A stretch of 64,000 bases of DNA from a virus. The position numbers and the translations under genes were made by a program. Below, piece by piece: positions 46,643 through 57,163 of the stretch; positions within the stretch are counted from its first letter, which is position 1, and the number at the start of each line of letters is the position of its first letter. The stretch is taken from positions 6,470 through 70,469 of the IMG/VR virus record IMGVR_UViG_3300027749_000100, one strand, 5' to 3'. The notes under the pieces were generated by a model. It was not told the DNA's origin. It saw nothing but the letters and a program-made list of their open reading frames with translations, and did no database searches.

Positions 46643-48871
46643 TTACGATACTTCTAAGGTAGTAATTGACGCCGCCCAGAGTGTAGTAGAAGCAACCTCA
46701 CTTGTAACACTAATTAATATGTTATTTGAACTTCCGCAAGTTACATCAATAGTTGATGCGTCAAGAGCTCCATCGCCGAATGCGGAAACAATTGGATCGG
46801 CAACCATTGTTGCTCCTCCCGATCCTCTCTTGAATGTCGTGACAATATCCCATGAGGCAGATGCGGTATTAGCAGCGTTGTACGCAATGATCTTGATAGA
46901 TGTCGCCCATGTCGTGTTTGCAGGAATGATAACTTGATCAGTATTGTCTGCGCTCCACGCTGCGCCACTGACTGTCATTTTTGTAGCATTAGTCGAGGCA
47001 GTAGACATTCTCATGGTATAAATACCCGCATTTACTTTCACTCCGTTCGCCGTGTTATTGTTCAGCGATGATTGACCGAAAGCAAGCGCAGAAGAGCCAA
47101 TGTTATAGGTGCTGAGTACTTTTTGCGAAGAACCTCCATTAGCGAAAATATACAATTCGCCCGAATTGGTATACAGACGAGTGTCTCCAGAGGCTGTTCC
47201 CGCAGTGCCAATTCCATCTTTGAAATTGATGCCAAGCGCACCGTCCGTAGTGACAAATCCACTTGCAGTAACCAATCCTGTGGAACTTAACGATGTTGCA
47301 TTTGATGCGCCAATATTTCCGCTACTATAAAGAATGGTTCCTCCCGATCCAAAATTTATTGTGGAATTATCTGTTCCGGTAAATGTGAGCGTATTGTTTA
47401 TTGTTGCAATTTTTCCATCTGCAATAGTTAATGTTGCGCTGTTCGCGGGGGCAGTGATGATAAGCTTATTCACTGATGTTGCTGTAGCAGCACCAATGTT
47501 GGGTGTTGTAAGTGTAATTCCGCCAAGAGTCAAATCTCCGCTTGCTCGGTTAAGGGCAATGCCTGTAGTTCCGATATATACAGTAGAGTTGCCAAGAACT
47601 CCGCTTGAAATTGTTCCTGAAAGATTACCTGCCGTAAGACTTGTAAGATTTGCTCCAGAAACTGCGCCAAAAGAACCAGACCAAGTTCCACTCGAAATTG
47701 TACCAACGGTTGTTATTGATGATTGGCCGACATACGAGGAAGAAATATCAATGCTATCAGCAGCGACACTGATTCGATTTGCTGTTCCTACTACGTTCAG
47801 TGTTGAACCGGTTTTTGTCAGTCCATCTCCGGCACTTACAGCGCCCGCTCCGCTGAATTGGGTGAACGTCAGTGCATCTGTTCCGATAGCAATCACACCA
47901 TCGTTGGTCAAAGTCCATCCAGTATCTGAATATTCAGTTCCCTGCTCAACAAAGAAAAACGCATTTGCTGAAACATTTGATGAACTGTCAAAATCTGTTG
48001 CCCTTGTCCATGACCCAGAGGATACAACGTAGATACCGTTTTGCAAACCTACAGTCTGATTTTTCACAAGAATCCGATTGCCAACGGTCAAAGTTCCTGC
48101 GGTATCAAGTCCTGCCTGATTTGCTGTTCCTGTAAGATTAATATTCCCATTGGTTGTCCATTGCACCGACGGATGAACGTCAATTCCTTGAACAAGACTG
48201 TCCACATAACCTTTGTTTGCTGCATCTGTGGATGCAGTAGGCGTGGCAACATTGGTGATACGCTTGGACGAAACATCAACAGTTCCGGTGCCATTTGGCG
48301 CAAAAGTAACACTGGTGTTTGTTCCCCCGGCCGTAAAGGTCAGTGCCCCTGCACCAGTGATAGACCCATTTGCTACATTAAGAGTTCCATTGAAAGTAGT
48401 TGTGCCGCCAGATGCTCCAATACTTAATGTTGTCGCCGCTTTTGCAAAATTTACTTCTGTTGCAATTGTGTTAATAAGATCAAAAGATGTAGATCCCGTT
48501 ACAATGGAATCCGTTACAAAAATACTTCCTTCTGAGTAAACACTGTAATTTAGAGTTCCGCCAACGGTGGGTTTTTCAACATACAGGGAATACGCATTTG
48601 TTGTAGTTCCAGAACTGTTTGTAGGCTTGGAAATAAACAAGGAAGTGGAAGATGCAAGCAATCCAGATCCTGAGACAGGGCCAGAAATTTTTGCGCCATA
48701 AATATTTCCTGCAACCGCACCCGTTGTCGTAGGTCCAGTTACAGTAAGTGAGGCACTTCCAATTGTGGAAAGATTTGTGCGATTGACAACAAGTCCGCCC
48801 ACATTATTAACGCCCTCAATAGGCGAACTAAAGGTCGTTTTGTTGTTTGCAGAAAATGTTGTTATCGGCAT
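46643..48871 (-). CDS. Fibre protein with ...TTLEVS C-terminal domain
   Basis: ITNVATPTASTDAANKGYVD and RILVKNQT...NGIYVV..GSWTRATDFD are common phage fibre motifs. Confidence 0.8.
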   Translation of the reverse strand: MPITTFSANNKTTFSSPIEGVNNVGGLVVNRTNLSTIGSASLTVTGPTTTGAVAGNIYGAKISGPVSGSGLLASSTSLFISKPTNSSGTTTNAYSLYVEKPTVGGTLNYSVYSEGSIFVTDSIVTGSTSFDLINTIATEVNFAKAATTLSIGASGGTTTFNGTLNVANGSITGAGALTFTAGGTNTSVTFAPNGTGTVDVSSKRITNVATPTASTDAANKGYVDSLVQGIDVHPSVQWTTNGNINLTGTANQAGLDTAGTLTVGNRILVKNQTVGLQNGIYVVSSGSWTRATDFDSSSNVSANAFFFVEQGTEYSDTGWTLTNDGVIAIGTDALTFTQFSGAGAVSAGDGLTKTGSTLNVVGTANRISVAADSIDISSSYVGQSSITTVGTISSGTWSGSFGAVSGANLTSLTAGNLSGTISSGVLGNSTVYIGTTGIALNRASGDLTLGGITLTTPNIGAATATSVNKLIITAPANSATLTIADGKIATINNTLTFTGTDNSTINFGSGGTILYSSGNIGASNATSLSSTGLVTASGFVTTDGALGINFKDGIGTAGTASGDTRLYTNSGELYIFANGGSSQKVLSTYNIGSSALAFGQSSLNNNTANGVKVNAGIYTMRMSTASTNATKMTVSGAAWSADNTDQVIIPANTTWATSIKIIAYNAANTASASWDIVTTFKRGSGGATMVADPIVSAFGDGALDASTIDVTCGSSNNILISVTSEVASTTLWAASITTLEVS

Positions 48872-48966
48872 AATGAACCTCCCTCATTTGATAATAATCA
48901 ATAATACCATCTTTCGTGATTATTTTATTGGCAAAAATTATGACAAAATACACAAGGCTTCAAGCA

Positions 48967-49425
48967 TCACGAAATCTCAGTTGTTGTTACTGTTGCAATC
49001 CAATTCAACGTACCTGCCAAAGCAAATCCGGCGCAAGTAATATTCAACCCTCCATTTATTAAATCTTCGGAGTACAATATAGATGTTTGGGAAAGAGCAG
49101 AGTCGGAAATCATTGAACCCATAGAATTATTAATAATTAAAACCGTACTTGCTGAACTCCCTCTCCGTGCCAGCAATGCAAATTCCCACGATGCCGCAGA
49201 TGTTCCAGTTCCTGCAATTGTGGCACAAATTACTATTTTGCAAAAATAAGTCGTATAATTTTTAAATGTCACGATATTTCCTACCGTGGCAGATGGCAAC
49301 CCATCTGTTGTGAGACGCACACTTCCTGCGTTGTTCGTTGATCCTTTTAATGTAAATATTTTTACAAACGGACTTGTTGTGTTTAAACTGCTTAAGTTTG
49401 TAGAAACTCCAGATAAGACAGGCAT
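48967..49425 (-). CDS. Stand-alone copy of the shared fibre C-terminal domain
   Basis: TGATG coupling at 49425 gives MPVLSG...; ends NWIATVTTTEIS. Confidence 0.7.
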   Translation of the reverse strand: MPVLSGVSTNLSSLNTTSPFVKIFTLKGSTNNAGSVRLTTDGLPSATVGNIVTFKNYTTYFCKIVICATIAGTGTSAASWEFALLARRGSSASTVLIINNSMGSMISDSALSQTSILYSEDLINGGLNITCAGFALAGTLNWIATVTTTEIS

Positions 49426-50537
49426 CACGTAACCTCCGTTGTTTGCACTGTAGCAACCCAATTGATCGTCTGCCCTGACAACCCAAGCACTTGCAAAAGC
49501 AAACCTCCACGAACTGTATCTGCGTCAATATTGACTGATGTCTGTGTCAAATCACTATCTGCAACAACTTCATATTGCGTTATTCCGACTAGGGTTGTTG
49601 ACGCTGCCGAATTGCCTCTTCGCAACAAACCGGACACTGTCCACATTCCTGCGCTTAATCCCGATCTATTTGCTATGAGATTGATCGAAAACGTGCAACT
49701 GCTCTGATTATTAACCGTTACGGTGTTAACGATAGATGGCGCTGCGCCATCTATCGTTAATGTTGCATACGCTAGGCTATTCGTCGTGGTCTTTTTCAAG
49801 ACCATCATTGAAAATTGTGCATTTGCAGGGCCAATGTAAAAAGGATTTGCAATAACCGATTGAGCCTCACCACCAATGACGGTGATGTCGATGGTAGAGG
49901 TTTCCAGATTATTGACAATGGAAACGCCAGAAAGGAAATTCAGCGTGCTTTGGGCACCAATGAGCGTTCCGTTTGACTTGATCGTTACCGGCCACGTTGA
50001 GGGAGTGCCGTGAACGTGATCAAAAGGCGCGGCAAAAGTAGAAATACCCACTTGGGCAAGGCTGCCGATGGAAAGCGTGGAAGGGAACCCGGACTTTCCA
50101 AGAGCCAGCCCTATGGTTGCCTCAGCAACCGCAGGGGTGGCCATCGCCTGTCCGGCAAAACTGTTGCTCATGGCTTGCACTTCCTGCGTGACAGGAAGTA
50201 CAAGCTCGGGAACAAAGCCCGATGCCGGGACAGTGATGACCCATTCAAGCCGGTATGATGCACCTATTGCAACAAAGATTGACCGGGAAGACGGGGTAAT
50301 GGTGTAGGAACCCGGAATCTGGCTATCGGCAGGAACAATTGTCAACGGCAAGCTGACGGAATCATATGCGTCCTTGACAATCAATGTCACCAACGCATTG
50401 TTAATGGGTAATTGATCGCGGGAAACAGAAATGGAAAAAGTTGTTGATGCTCCCACAACAGGGGAAGACACCCACGTTTTTGCGGATAACGCTGGACCAA
50501 TTTGTGGGTGAATTTGCGTGTTGTAGAGATTCATCAA
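49425..50537 (-). CDS. Putative head/fibre-anchor protein with the shared C-terminal domain
   Basis: Ig-like beta N-terminus; ends NWVATVQTTEVT; lies two genes downstream of the capsid gene. Confidence 0.65.
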   Translation of the reverse strand: MMNLYNTQIHPQIGPALSAKTWVSSPVVGASTTFSISVSRDQLPINNALVTLIVKDAYDSVSLPLTIVPADSQIPGSYTITPSSRSIFVAIGASYRLEWVITVPASGFVPELVLPVTQEVQAMSNSFAGQAMATPAVAEATIGLALGKSGFPSTLSIGSLAQVGISTFAAPFDHVHGTPSTWPVTIKSNGTLIGAQSTLNFLSGVSIVNNLETSTIDITVIGGEAQSVIANPFYIGPANAQFSMMVLKKTTTNSLAYATLTIDGAAPSIVNTVTVNNQSSCTFSINLIANRSGLSAGMWTVSGLLRRGNSAASTTLVGITQYEVVADSDLTQTSVNIDADTVRGGLLLQVLGLSGQTINWVATVQTTEVT

Positions 50538-50549
50538 AAACTTTACTCA

Positions 50550-51008
50550 TTACTCGTTTTTCGAAGGCACAATTTCAAACGCTGCATCAGGGCCACTTGT
50601 TATCGATTGTGCAACATCAGAGGGGACTGATGCATAACCATTGTCATCAAGACTGAGGATATAGTTATGAACTCCTCCCCATTGCATTGATGTGGTAATT
50701 GCACGATGATCCTCAGTCCAATGAATGAACTTTATTGTAACAGATTTCTGACTAGCAAGATTATCTTCAAAGATTCTTATTTTGTCCTGTGTTTGCTCAC
50801 GAACAAAGAGTTCCTGATTCTGAATGATTTCTTCAGTTGTAACAACATTCTTTGCCGCAGATTCTGCCAACGACGCAACCATTTCTGGATCTGATCCATT
50901 TTCAATTGCAGCAATCACTTGCTTGCCAATCTCAGATTGAGCCTGTGCAACTTCTTCCAAACGTTGCTTGGCTTTCATCGCTCGTTCTACCGCATTCCCA
51001 CGTCCCAT
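50550..51008 (-). CDS. Hypothetical protein downstream of the major capsid gene
   Basis: AAGGA RBS; helical N-terminus; 152 aa. Confidence 0.6.
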   Translation of the reverse strand: MGRGNAVERAMKAKQRLEEVAQAQSEIGKQVIAAIENGSDPEMVASLAESAAKNVVTTEEIIQNQELFVREQTQDKIRIFEDNLASQKSVTIKFIHWTEDHRAITTSMQWGGVHNYILSLDDNGYASVPSDVAQSITSGPDAAFEIVPSKNE

Positions 51009-51034
51009 AGTACAGTCCTTTTTTAATGTGACAG

Positions 51035-51087
51035 AAAACGCCTGTGCCCGTAACCCGCAAGTTGCGGTAACGGAACACAGGCGTTTT
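51035..51087 (-). terminator. Long hairpin / intrinsic terminator after the major capsid gene
   Basis: AAAACGCCTGTG...CACAGGCGTTTT arms with an inner imperfect stem. Confidence 0.65.
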
Positions 51088-51114
51088 GCTAGCCCGATAG
51101 ATTATACCGGATTC

Positions 51115-52866
51115 TTACGTAAGCGCACCCACGTTCTTGAAGATGAACTGACGTTCTTCCGCCTTGAGAACCAGTGTATGGTACAGAAGAAGCAGATACT
51201 CAAACGTTGTGCTTGTCGGAGCAAGCGGCATCTTGAGCAGCGGCGACATCTGGGCGATACAAAGATCGGCAGCGTTGCGATTCAACAACGGAGCAATGTT
51301 TGTTCCGGGTCGAATATTGTTGTACAGTTCAGGAGTTCCGTTACGGTCGATGAAAACTACTCCGCCAGTCGGAATTGTAGCAGGAACTGGAACGTAGCCG
51401 ACATACTGCCAACGAGGATCACTAACGCTTGGTGCAGAACCACCAGAAGCCGTATCGCATCGGTAGATACGAAGTGCTCGCGCAGCTCCCTGCGTGTTGC
51501 TAAGGTTGTACTGAATATTGACTATGATCTCTTGCCCCACCAACGAACCGGCAGTGGATGTGACATTAACAGCTCCGGTTGTCCACGCAGCAGATCCACT
51601 TGCAACGGTTGTACCAACGGCGCTGGTGGCTGTACTCTCTCCAGCGTCCGAAACCGCGGAGACTGCATAATGATACGTAGCAGCAGCAGTCGGAAACGAA
51701 GAACCAGTCGCTGCAGATCCCGCAGCGTTAGCACCTTGCGCCGTAAGCGTAAGAGCCTGAGCTGCAGCCTTCAAACCAAGTGGCGCAGTAGGAGCATTAA
51801 GATCACCAGCACCTTGCGCGTAGTCCAGTGTGTATCCCGACTCAACCGGCTCTGTGAAGATCGACCACTCGAAAGGAATGACACCGAACGATGTTGCCTG
51901 ACCCACGACAGAGAGACCAGCAATCAGGTTGGTTCGCGCCGAAGTAGAAAGCTCAGAACGATCAACCGATGTTCCGGGGCCAGTGATGGTGCTGGGCGAG
52001 CCTTGCGAATAGATCGTGCTGTACCGCAGCTTGCCAAGATCCTCGATATTGCGAGGCGACATGAACAAGGTAAGATCCTGAAAGTTCAGCAACTTGCCTT
52101 CTGTCACAAGCTTCGCTGCAACATTCGCAATCGCGTCAAGAGTGAGCGGCTGCCCCTTCATGTCGATGACATTCTGCGAACGGGCCTTGGTCAACTGCTT
52201 GAGAATTCCACTGTAGTTGCTATCGACATTGTTGTCGTCAAGGATCGCATCGTCGCCGTACATGACAGCCCGCTCAATCCGCTGCATGAAGTCCATGGTA
52301 CGACCAAGCTGATCCTCAGCAACCGGATCCATCGACATTCCACCAAGGATATTCGTCAGAACAACCGGATGGGTAACCCCACCCTTCGTTCCGAGGAACT
52401 TGATGTATGCCCCGTTTCTCTGCCACTGACCGGATCCACCAGTAGGCTTGTCGCCTTCCTTGAATCCGAACGCACCACGGGTCGAACCGTAACTCTTGCG
52501 ACGGTTCCACTGATAGAACGGCTGCTTGCTAGGCTCCTTGTGGAGCCAGCGGAAAATCTTGAGATGCTCCGCTGTCGCAAGAACACTCGTCATGGTATTG
52601 TCAAGATTTTCAAGACGCAAGGCAGTGGCCTGACCCGGCTGCAAGTTCCCCGACGTGACGGCTCCATTTCCCCATTGATTCGGAAATGTGCCACCACCGG
52701 CACCACCCTGATAGGACGCACCGGTGCCAAGCGCCTTGGAAATCTCATCGACGATATCGTCGCCACCGAATTGATTCCTCGACCAGTCGCGGACAATCAT
52801 GTCGAACGACTTGTTCAAGGGTTCGGGCTTCTTGAAGCCCTGAGGAAGTTCCGTTAACAGTGACAT
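51115..52866 (-). CDS. Major capsid protein (SPO1/Twort-like) with FN3-like insertion
   Basis: ALRLENLDNTMTSV, F.EG..P, IERAVMYGD, NVIDMKGQPL and PLLKMPLA motifs; follows protease and scaffold; AGGAG RBS. Confidence 0.9.
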   Translation of the reverse strand: MSLLTELPQGFKKPEPLNKSFDMIVRDWSRNQFGGDDIVDEISKALGTGASYQGGAGGGTFPNQWGNGAVTSGNLQPGQATALRLENLDNTMTSVLATAEHLKIFRWLHKEPSKQPFYQWNRRKSYGSTRGAFGFKEGDKPTGGSGQWQRNGAYIKFLGTKGGVTHPVVLTNILGGMSMDPVAEDQLGRTMDFMQRIERAVMYGDDAILDDNNVDSNYSGILKQLTKARSQNVIDMKGQPLTLDAIANVAAKLVTEGKLLNFQDLTLFMSPRNIEDLGKLRYSTIYSQGSPSTITGPGTSVDRSELSTSARTNLIAGLSVVGQATSFGVIPFEWSIFTEPVESGYTLDYAQGAGDLNAPTAPLGLKAAAQALTLTAQGANAAGSAATGSSFPTAAATYHYAVSAVSDAGESTATSAVGTTVASGSAAWTTGAVNVTSTAGSLVGQEIIVNIQYNLSNTQGAARALRIYRCDTASGGSAPSVSDPRWQYVGYVPVPATIPTGGVVFIDRNGTPELYNNIRPGTNIAPLLNRNAADLCIAQMSPLLKMPLAPTSTTFEYLLLLYHTLVLKAEERQFIFKNVGALT

Positions 52867-52892
52867 TTATGTTCTCCTTACTCTTTCTCAGC

Positions 52893-54494
<1,602 letters not shown>

Positions 54495-54512
54495 TTTGTC
54501 CTCCTTGGTTCT

Positions 54513-55466
54513 TTACCGAAATAAGTTCAAATGTTGAGATAAGGCATCAGCGGCCACTCTCGGAGATATACCCAAACAATATACCAAATGATCCAATGCT
54601 CCGTGATGACCCTTTACAAATTTGCCATTTTTTTTGCAATTCCTACCATCAGTACAATCAGTATATATCATTTGTATGATATCTTTTGGGCTTATCAGTG
54701 TGCTACTCAAAGTTGGAGAAAGTTCTTCCTTTACCAAAGCAGTCACGGAATCTGTACCAATGGTCTTTGTCATTGATGGTGCAAGCGATTTTACCAAATG
54801 ACTAAAACTTTTAAAAATAAAATGAGGCGCATTGTTGTCAAGCGTGTCCATGAGAACACTGCTGTGCACTTTGAATCCCTGACTCTTAGCAACGACACAT
54901 CGAGCTACTGCTTGTGCATTGACAGGCTCATGAGTTGTCGCCATATGTCGAACAATGGTTTCTGTCAGAATATTGCCATTTCGTAAACGAACTCCACCTT
55001 CGACAGAGAAACCCAATGCCCGGTCGTTTCCTACTCCATGTGCGTTATTCAATGCTTGCGAAAGATTCCACACCGCGTCCGCTCTGGGAATTCCATCAAA
55101 AAGCAATCCGCGGAAAAAAGTGCAAGGAAGATTATTAGGCGTTGTTGGCCCTCCCGGCATCTTGATTACTTCAAGAGGCTTGCCAATCTGATCTTCAGGA
55201 GCATGAGAGTGGTTCCAGTTCACATACCCTTTTTCAAGCAAGTAGGAACAATCCATCTTGTCCTGCATGACCACTTCGCCTTGCTGATCTTTTTCTTCCG
55301 TAGAGGCAATGCCTTCAATAATTCTTCCGGATTTTTTCTCGCCCATTGAATCGGTATATTCACCGACAAAAGACTTGATAAACCGCAAAGGAAACTCAAA
55401 GGTCGCGTCCACGCCTTGCGAAAGTAATTCTCTTCTATGGTCTGAAGTATTCATTATTGCACTCAT
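54513..55466 (-). CDS. Prohead (capsid maturation) protease
   Basis: IEGIAST...DQQGE.V....D..Y....GYVNWNH, IGKP, LGFSVEG (catalytic Ser region) and T..PVN motifs. The start codon is uncertain. Confidence 0.88.
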   Translation of the reverse strand: MSAIMNTSDHRRELLSQGVDATFEFPLRFIKSFVGEYTDSMGEKKSGRIIEGIASTEEKDQQGEVVMQDKMDCSYLLEKGYVNWNHSHAPEDQIGKPLEVIKMPGGPTTPNNLPCTFFRGLLFDGIPRADAVWNLSQALNNAHGVGNDRALGFSVEGGVRLRNGNILTETIVRHMATTHEPVNAQAVARCVVAKSQGFKVHSSVLMDTLDNNAPHFIFKSFSHLVKSLAPSMTKTIGTDSVTALVKEELSPTLSSTLISPKDIIQMIYTDCTDGRNCKKNGKFVKGHHGALDHLVYCLGISPRVAADALSQHLNLFR

Positions 55467-55517
55467 ACATGATATTTTACACAAAAAATTTTTTATGCTT
55501 ACCCTTTCACTATGTTA

Positions 55518-55546
55518 AATATAGCGAGGGGAATGTAAAAATGCAA
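55518..55546 (-). promoter_or_regulatory. Sigma70-type promoter TTGCAT-N17-TATATT for the protease-scaffold-capsid operon
   Basis: 17-nt spacer; the -35 overlaps the T-tract of the upstream terminator. Confidence 0.55.
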
Positions 55547-55585
55547 AAAAAGCCCGCCGGGGTCTGAACCCGGCGGGCTTTTTGC
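55543..55585. terminator. Bidirectional intrinsic terminator
   Basis: AAAAAAAGCCCGCCGGG-loop-CCCGGCGGGCTTTTT. Confidence 0.85.
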
Positions 55586-55678
55586 TCATCGAAAGGTGAC
55601 GAGCCTTGCGACAAGCGGAACAGAATAATGGTACGAAACCAAGTGTGCCATGCGGGGTTGACAATTGTCAACCCCGAT

Positions 55679-56320
55679 TTACTCCGGACGCGAAACTGCT
55701 GCTCGCGCGTTCAACGACTGGAAGAATGATGCTGCTTGCTCTCGTGTGTATTCAGATGCGTCTTCCAGAGAAATGCCCTTGAGTTTCGCAATCTTCTGGG
55801 CAATGGCCTCAGTGACTTTTTCATTGCCCACGGAATCAGGAACAGGTCGCGCAGGAACAATTCCGTCCGAGCTTCTCGCAATGGCATCCTGTGAAGATGC
55901 AAAATTCCGTGCCCGTTCTGCAAACACTTCGTTGCGGACATTCTCCTCAAGGCCATCGCCACGACCCAGTGCATCCATCCACGCACGCTTCTTTGCGCGG
56001 GATTCTGCAATGTGCATGTAAAACGCAGGATTGGAAACACCGTGCACGACATTTGCCGCATTTTTTCGGGGATACGCTGCTCCCATTCCCGAATATTTTC
56101 GGAATGGATCACCCTCCCTGAGAGGAGGCATGACGACTTCTGCCTTGATGATGCAAAGATATTCGTTTGCCGCAGTAGGGGAAACCTCAACGGTTGTGTC
56201 GGTTGAAATCATTCCTGCGTTACGGATTTCCTCCAGTACCTGATTGTATGACGGGCCAGAATCCCGTCCTCCAAAACTTGGGCGAGAAGCGTAAGCAGCC
56301 GGACGACGATCTGAAGACAT
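55679..56320 (-). CDS. Putative Rad52/Sak-like single-strand annealing protein
   Basis: CIIKAEV...KYSGMGAA and helix HIAESRAKKRAWMDALGRG match the Rad52/Sak-type pattern as I recall it. Start moved to ATG 56320 (AGGAGA RBS). Confidence 0.55.
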   Translation of the reverse strand: MSSDRRPAAYASRPSFGGRDSGPSYNQVLEEIRNAGMISTDTTVEVSPTAANEYLCIIKAEVVMPPLREGDPFRKYSGMGAAYPRKNAANVVHGVSNPAFYMHIAESRAKKRAWMDALGRGDGLEENVRNEVFAERARNFASSQDAIARSSDGIVPARPVPDSVGNEKVTEAIAQKIAKLKGISLEDASEYTREQAASFFQSLNARAAVSRPE

Positions 56321-56371
56321 GACAAAATCTCCTGCCATAGTTTGTGCCACAGTTTGTGGCACAGTGTAACA

Positions 56372-56409
56372 CAAAAAAACACCGCCGGAGCTCGTAACCC
56401 CGACGGTGT
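56372..56409 (-). terminator. Intrinsic terminator in the leader of the Sak-like gene
   Basis: Minus strand ACACCGTCGGGG-ttacgag-CTCCGGCGGTGT followed by a T-tract. Confidence 0.75.
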
Positions 56410-56452
56410 AGCGTTCTGCACTACCCCTGCAAAAGGTGAACAGATCACGATT

Positions 56453-56481
56453 AGTATAGTCGATCAAATGGCGTCTGTCAA
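56453..56481 (-). promoter_or_regulatory. Near-consensus sigma70 promoter TTGACA-N17-TATACT
   Basis: Perfect -35, 17-nt spacer, 5/6 match to -10. Confidence 0.8.
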
Positions 56482-56483
56482 GG

Positions 56484-57161
56484 TCACGCCCAGTTGGACG
56501 CTGGCCACGGCAAATGAATCTTCCTCAAAATGATCCGTTGTCCAAGATCCCTTCCCCGCTCCCACCTTGGCGCAGGAGGTGCCCAACAGATGAATTCGAA
56601 ACGAGGCTCATAGGTAACGGCATAGATGTCATCCATGCCGGGGCCACGTCCTGCAACCCATTGAACGGTCTTCCCCAAATCGCCACCAATGACGAAATCG
56701 GTGTCCTTTGCCCATACGGTCTCCACTCCGGTAACCGGATTGATCTTGGATATGCGAATGAAGTTACCCATGGGAACATAAAGCAACCGATCCTTTGATC
56801 CTCTTTGAAGCAATTCACCGGGATAGGGGAACCCTCGGTTCCATTTGGGAATGATTTTGTCGTAGTCCTTGAAACGACGTGTCAATCCGGGACTTGCCGA
56901 ACATGACATATCTTCGGGAAGTGCAATGCCATTTTGAAGCCATTGACGACCAGTCCGATCAGAATCCAGACCAGTCACTATTGCTGTAATCGTTTTTGGG
57001 TCAAACCAGTACACACCCAACCCTTTGCATCGTATGCAATTCAAATCTGCATTTTCTGGCAAACCGTCAGTTGAACAAGTGCACAATTGTGATTTGTAAT
57101 GAGTAACCTGCTCTCCATGAGAAAGTACCAATTTCTTGTGCAAATTTATATTGATTGTCAT
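56484..57161 (-). CDS. Head closure / neck protein with CxC...CxxC motif
   Basis: LCTCS...NCIRCKGLG; TAATG start at 57161; follows the adaptor-like gene. Confidence 0.65.
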   Translation of the reverse strand: MTININLHKKLVLSHGEQVTHYKSQLCTCSTDGLPENADLNCIRCKGLGVYWFDPKTITAIVTGLDSDRTGRQWLQNGIALPEDMSCSASPGLTRRFKDYDKIIPKWNRGFPYPGELLQRGSKDRLLYVPMGNFIRISKINPVTGVETVWAKDTDFVIGGDLGKTVQWVAGRGPGMDDIYAVTYEPRFEFICWAPPAPRWERGRDLGQRIILRKIHLPWPASNWA

Positions 57162-57163
57162 TA

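Noticed and set aside
2031-50656. Numerous short plus-strand ORFs rich in V/P/A
   Set aside because: They are antisense shadows of T/G/A/S-rich structural genes and lack RBSs.
50968-52857. 629-aa plus-strand ORF antisense to the capsid gene
   Set aside because: It is codon-aligned with the capsid frame, so it only reflects avoidance of TTA/CTA/TCA codons in a highly expressed gene. It has no RBS and an R/S/C-rich, non-protein-like composition.
55585-55650. Hammerhead ribozyme or tRNA in the hairpin-rich spacer
   Set aside because: GAAAC is present but the CUGANGA core is not (GUGACGA only), and no cloverleaf or TTC-arm is visible.
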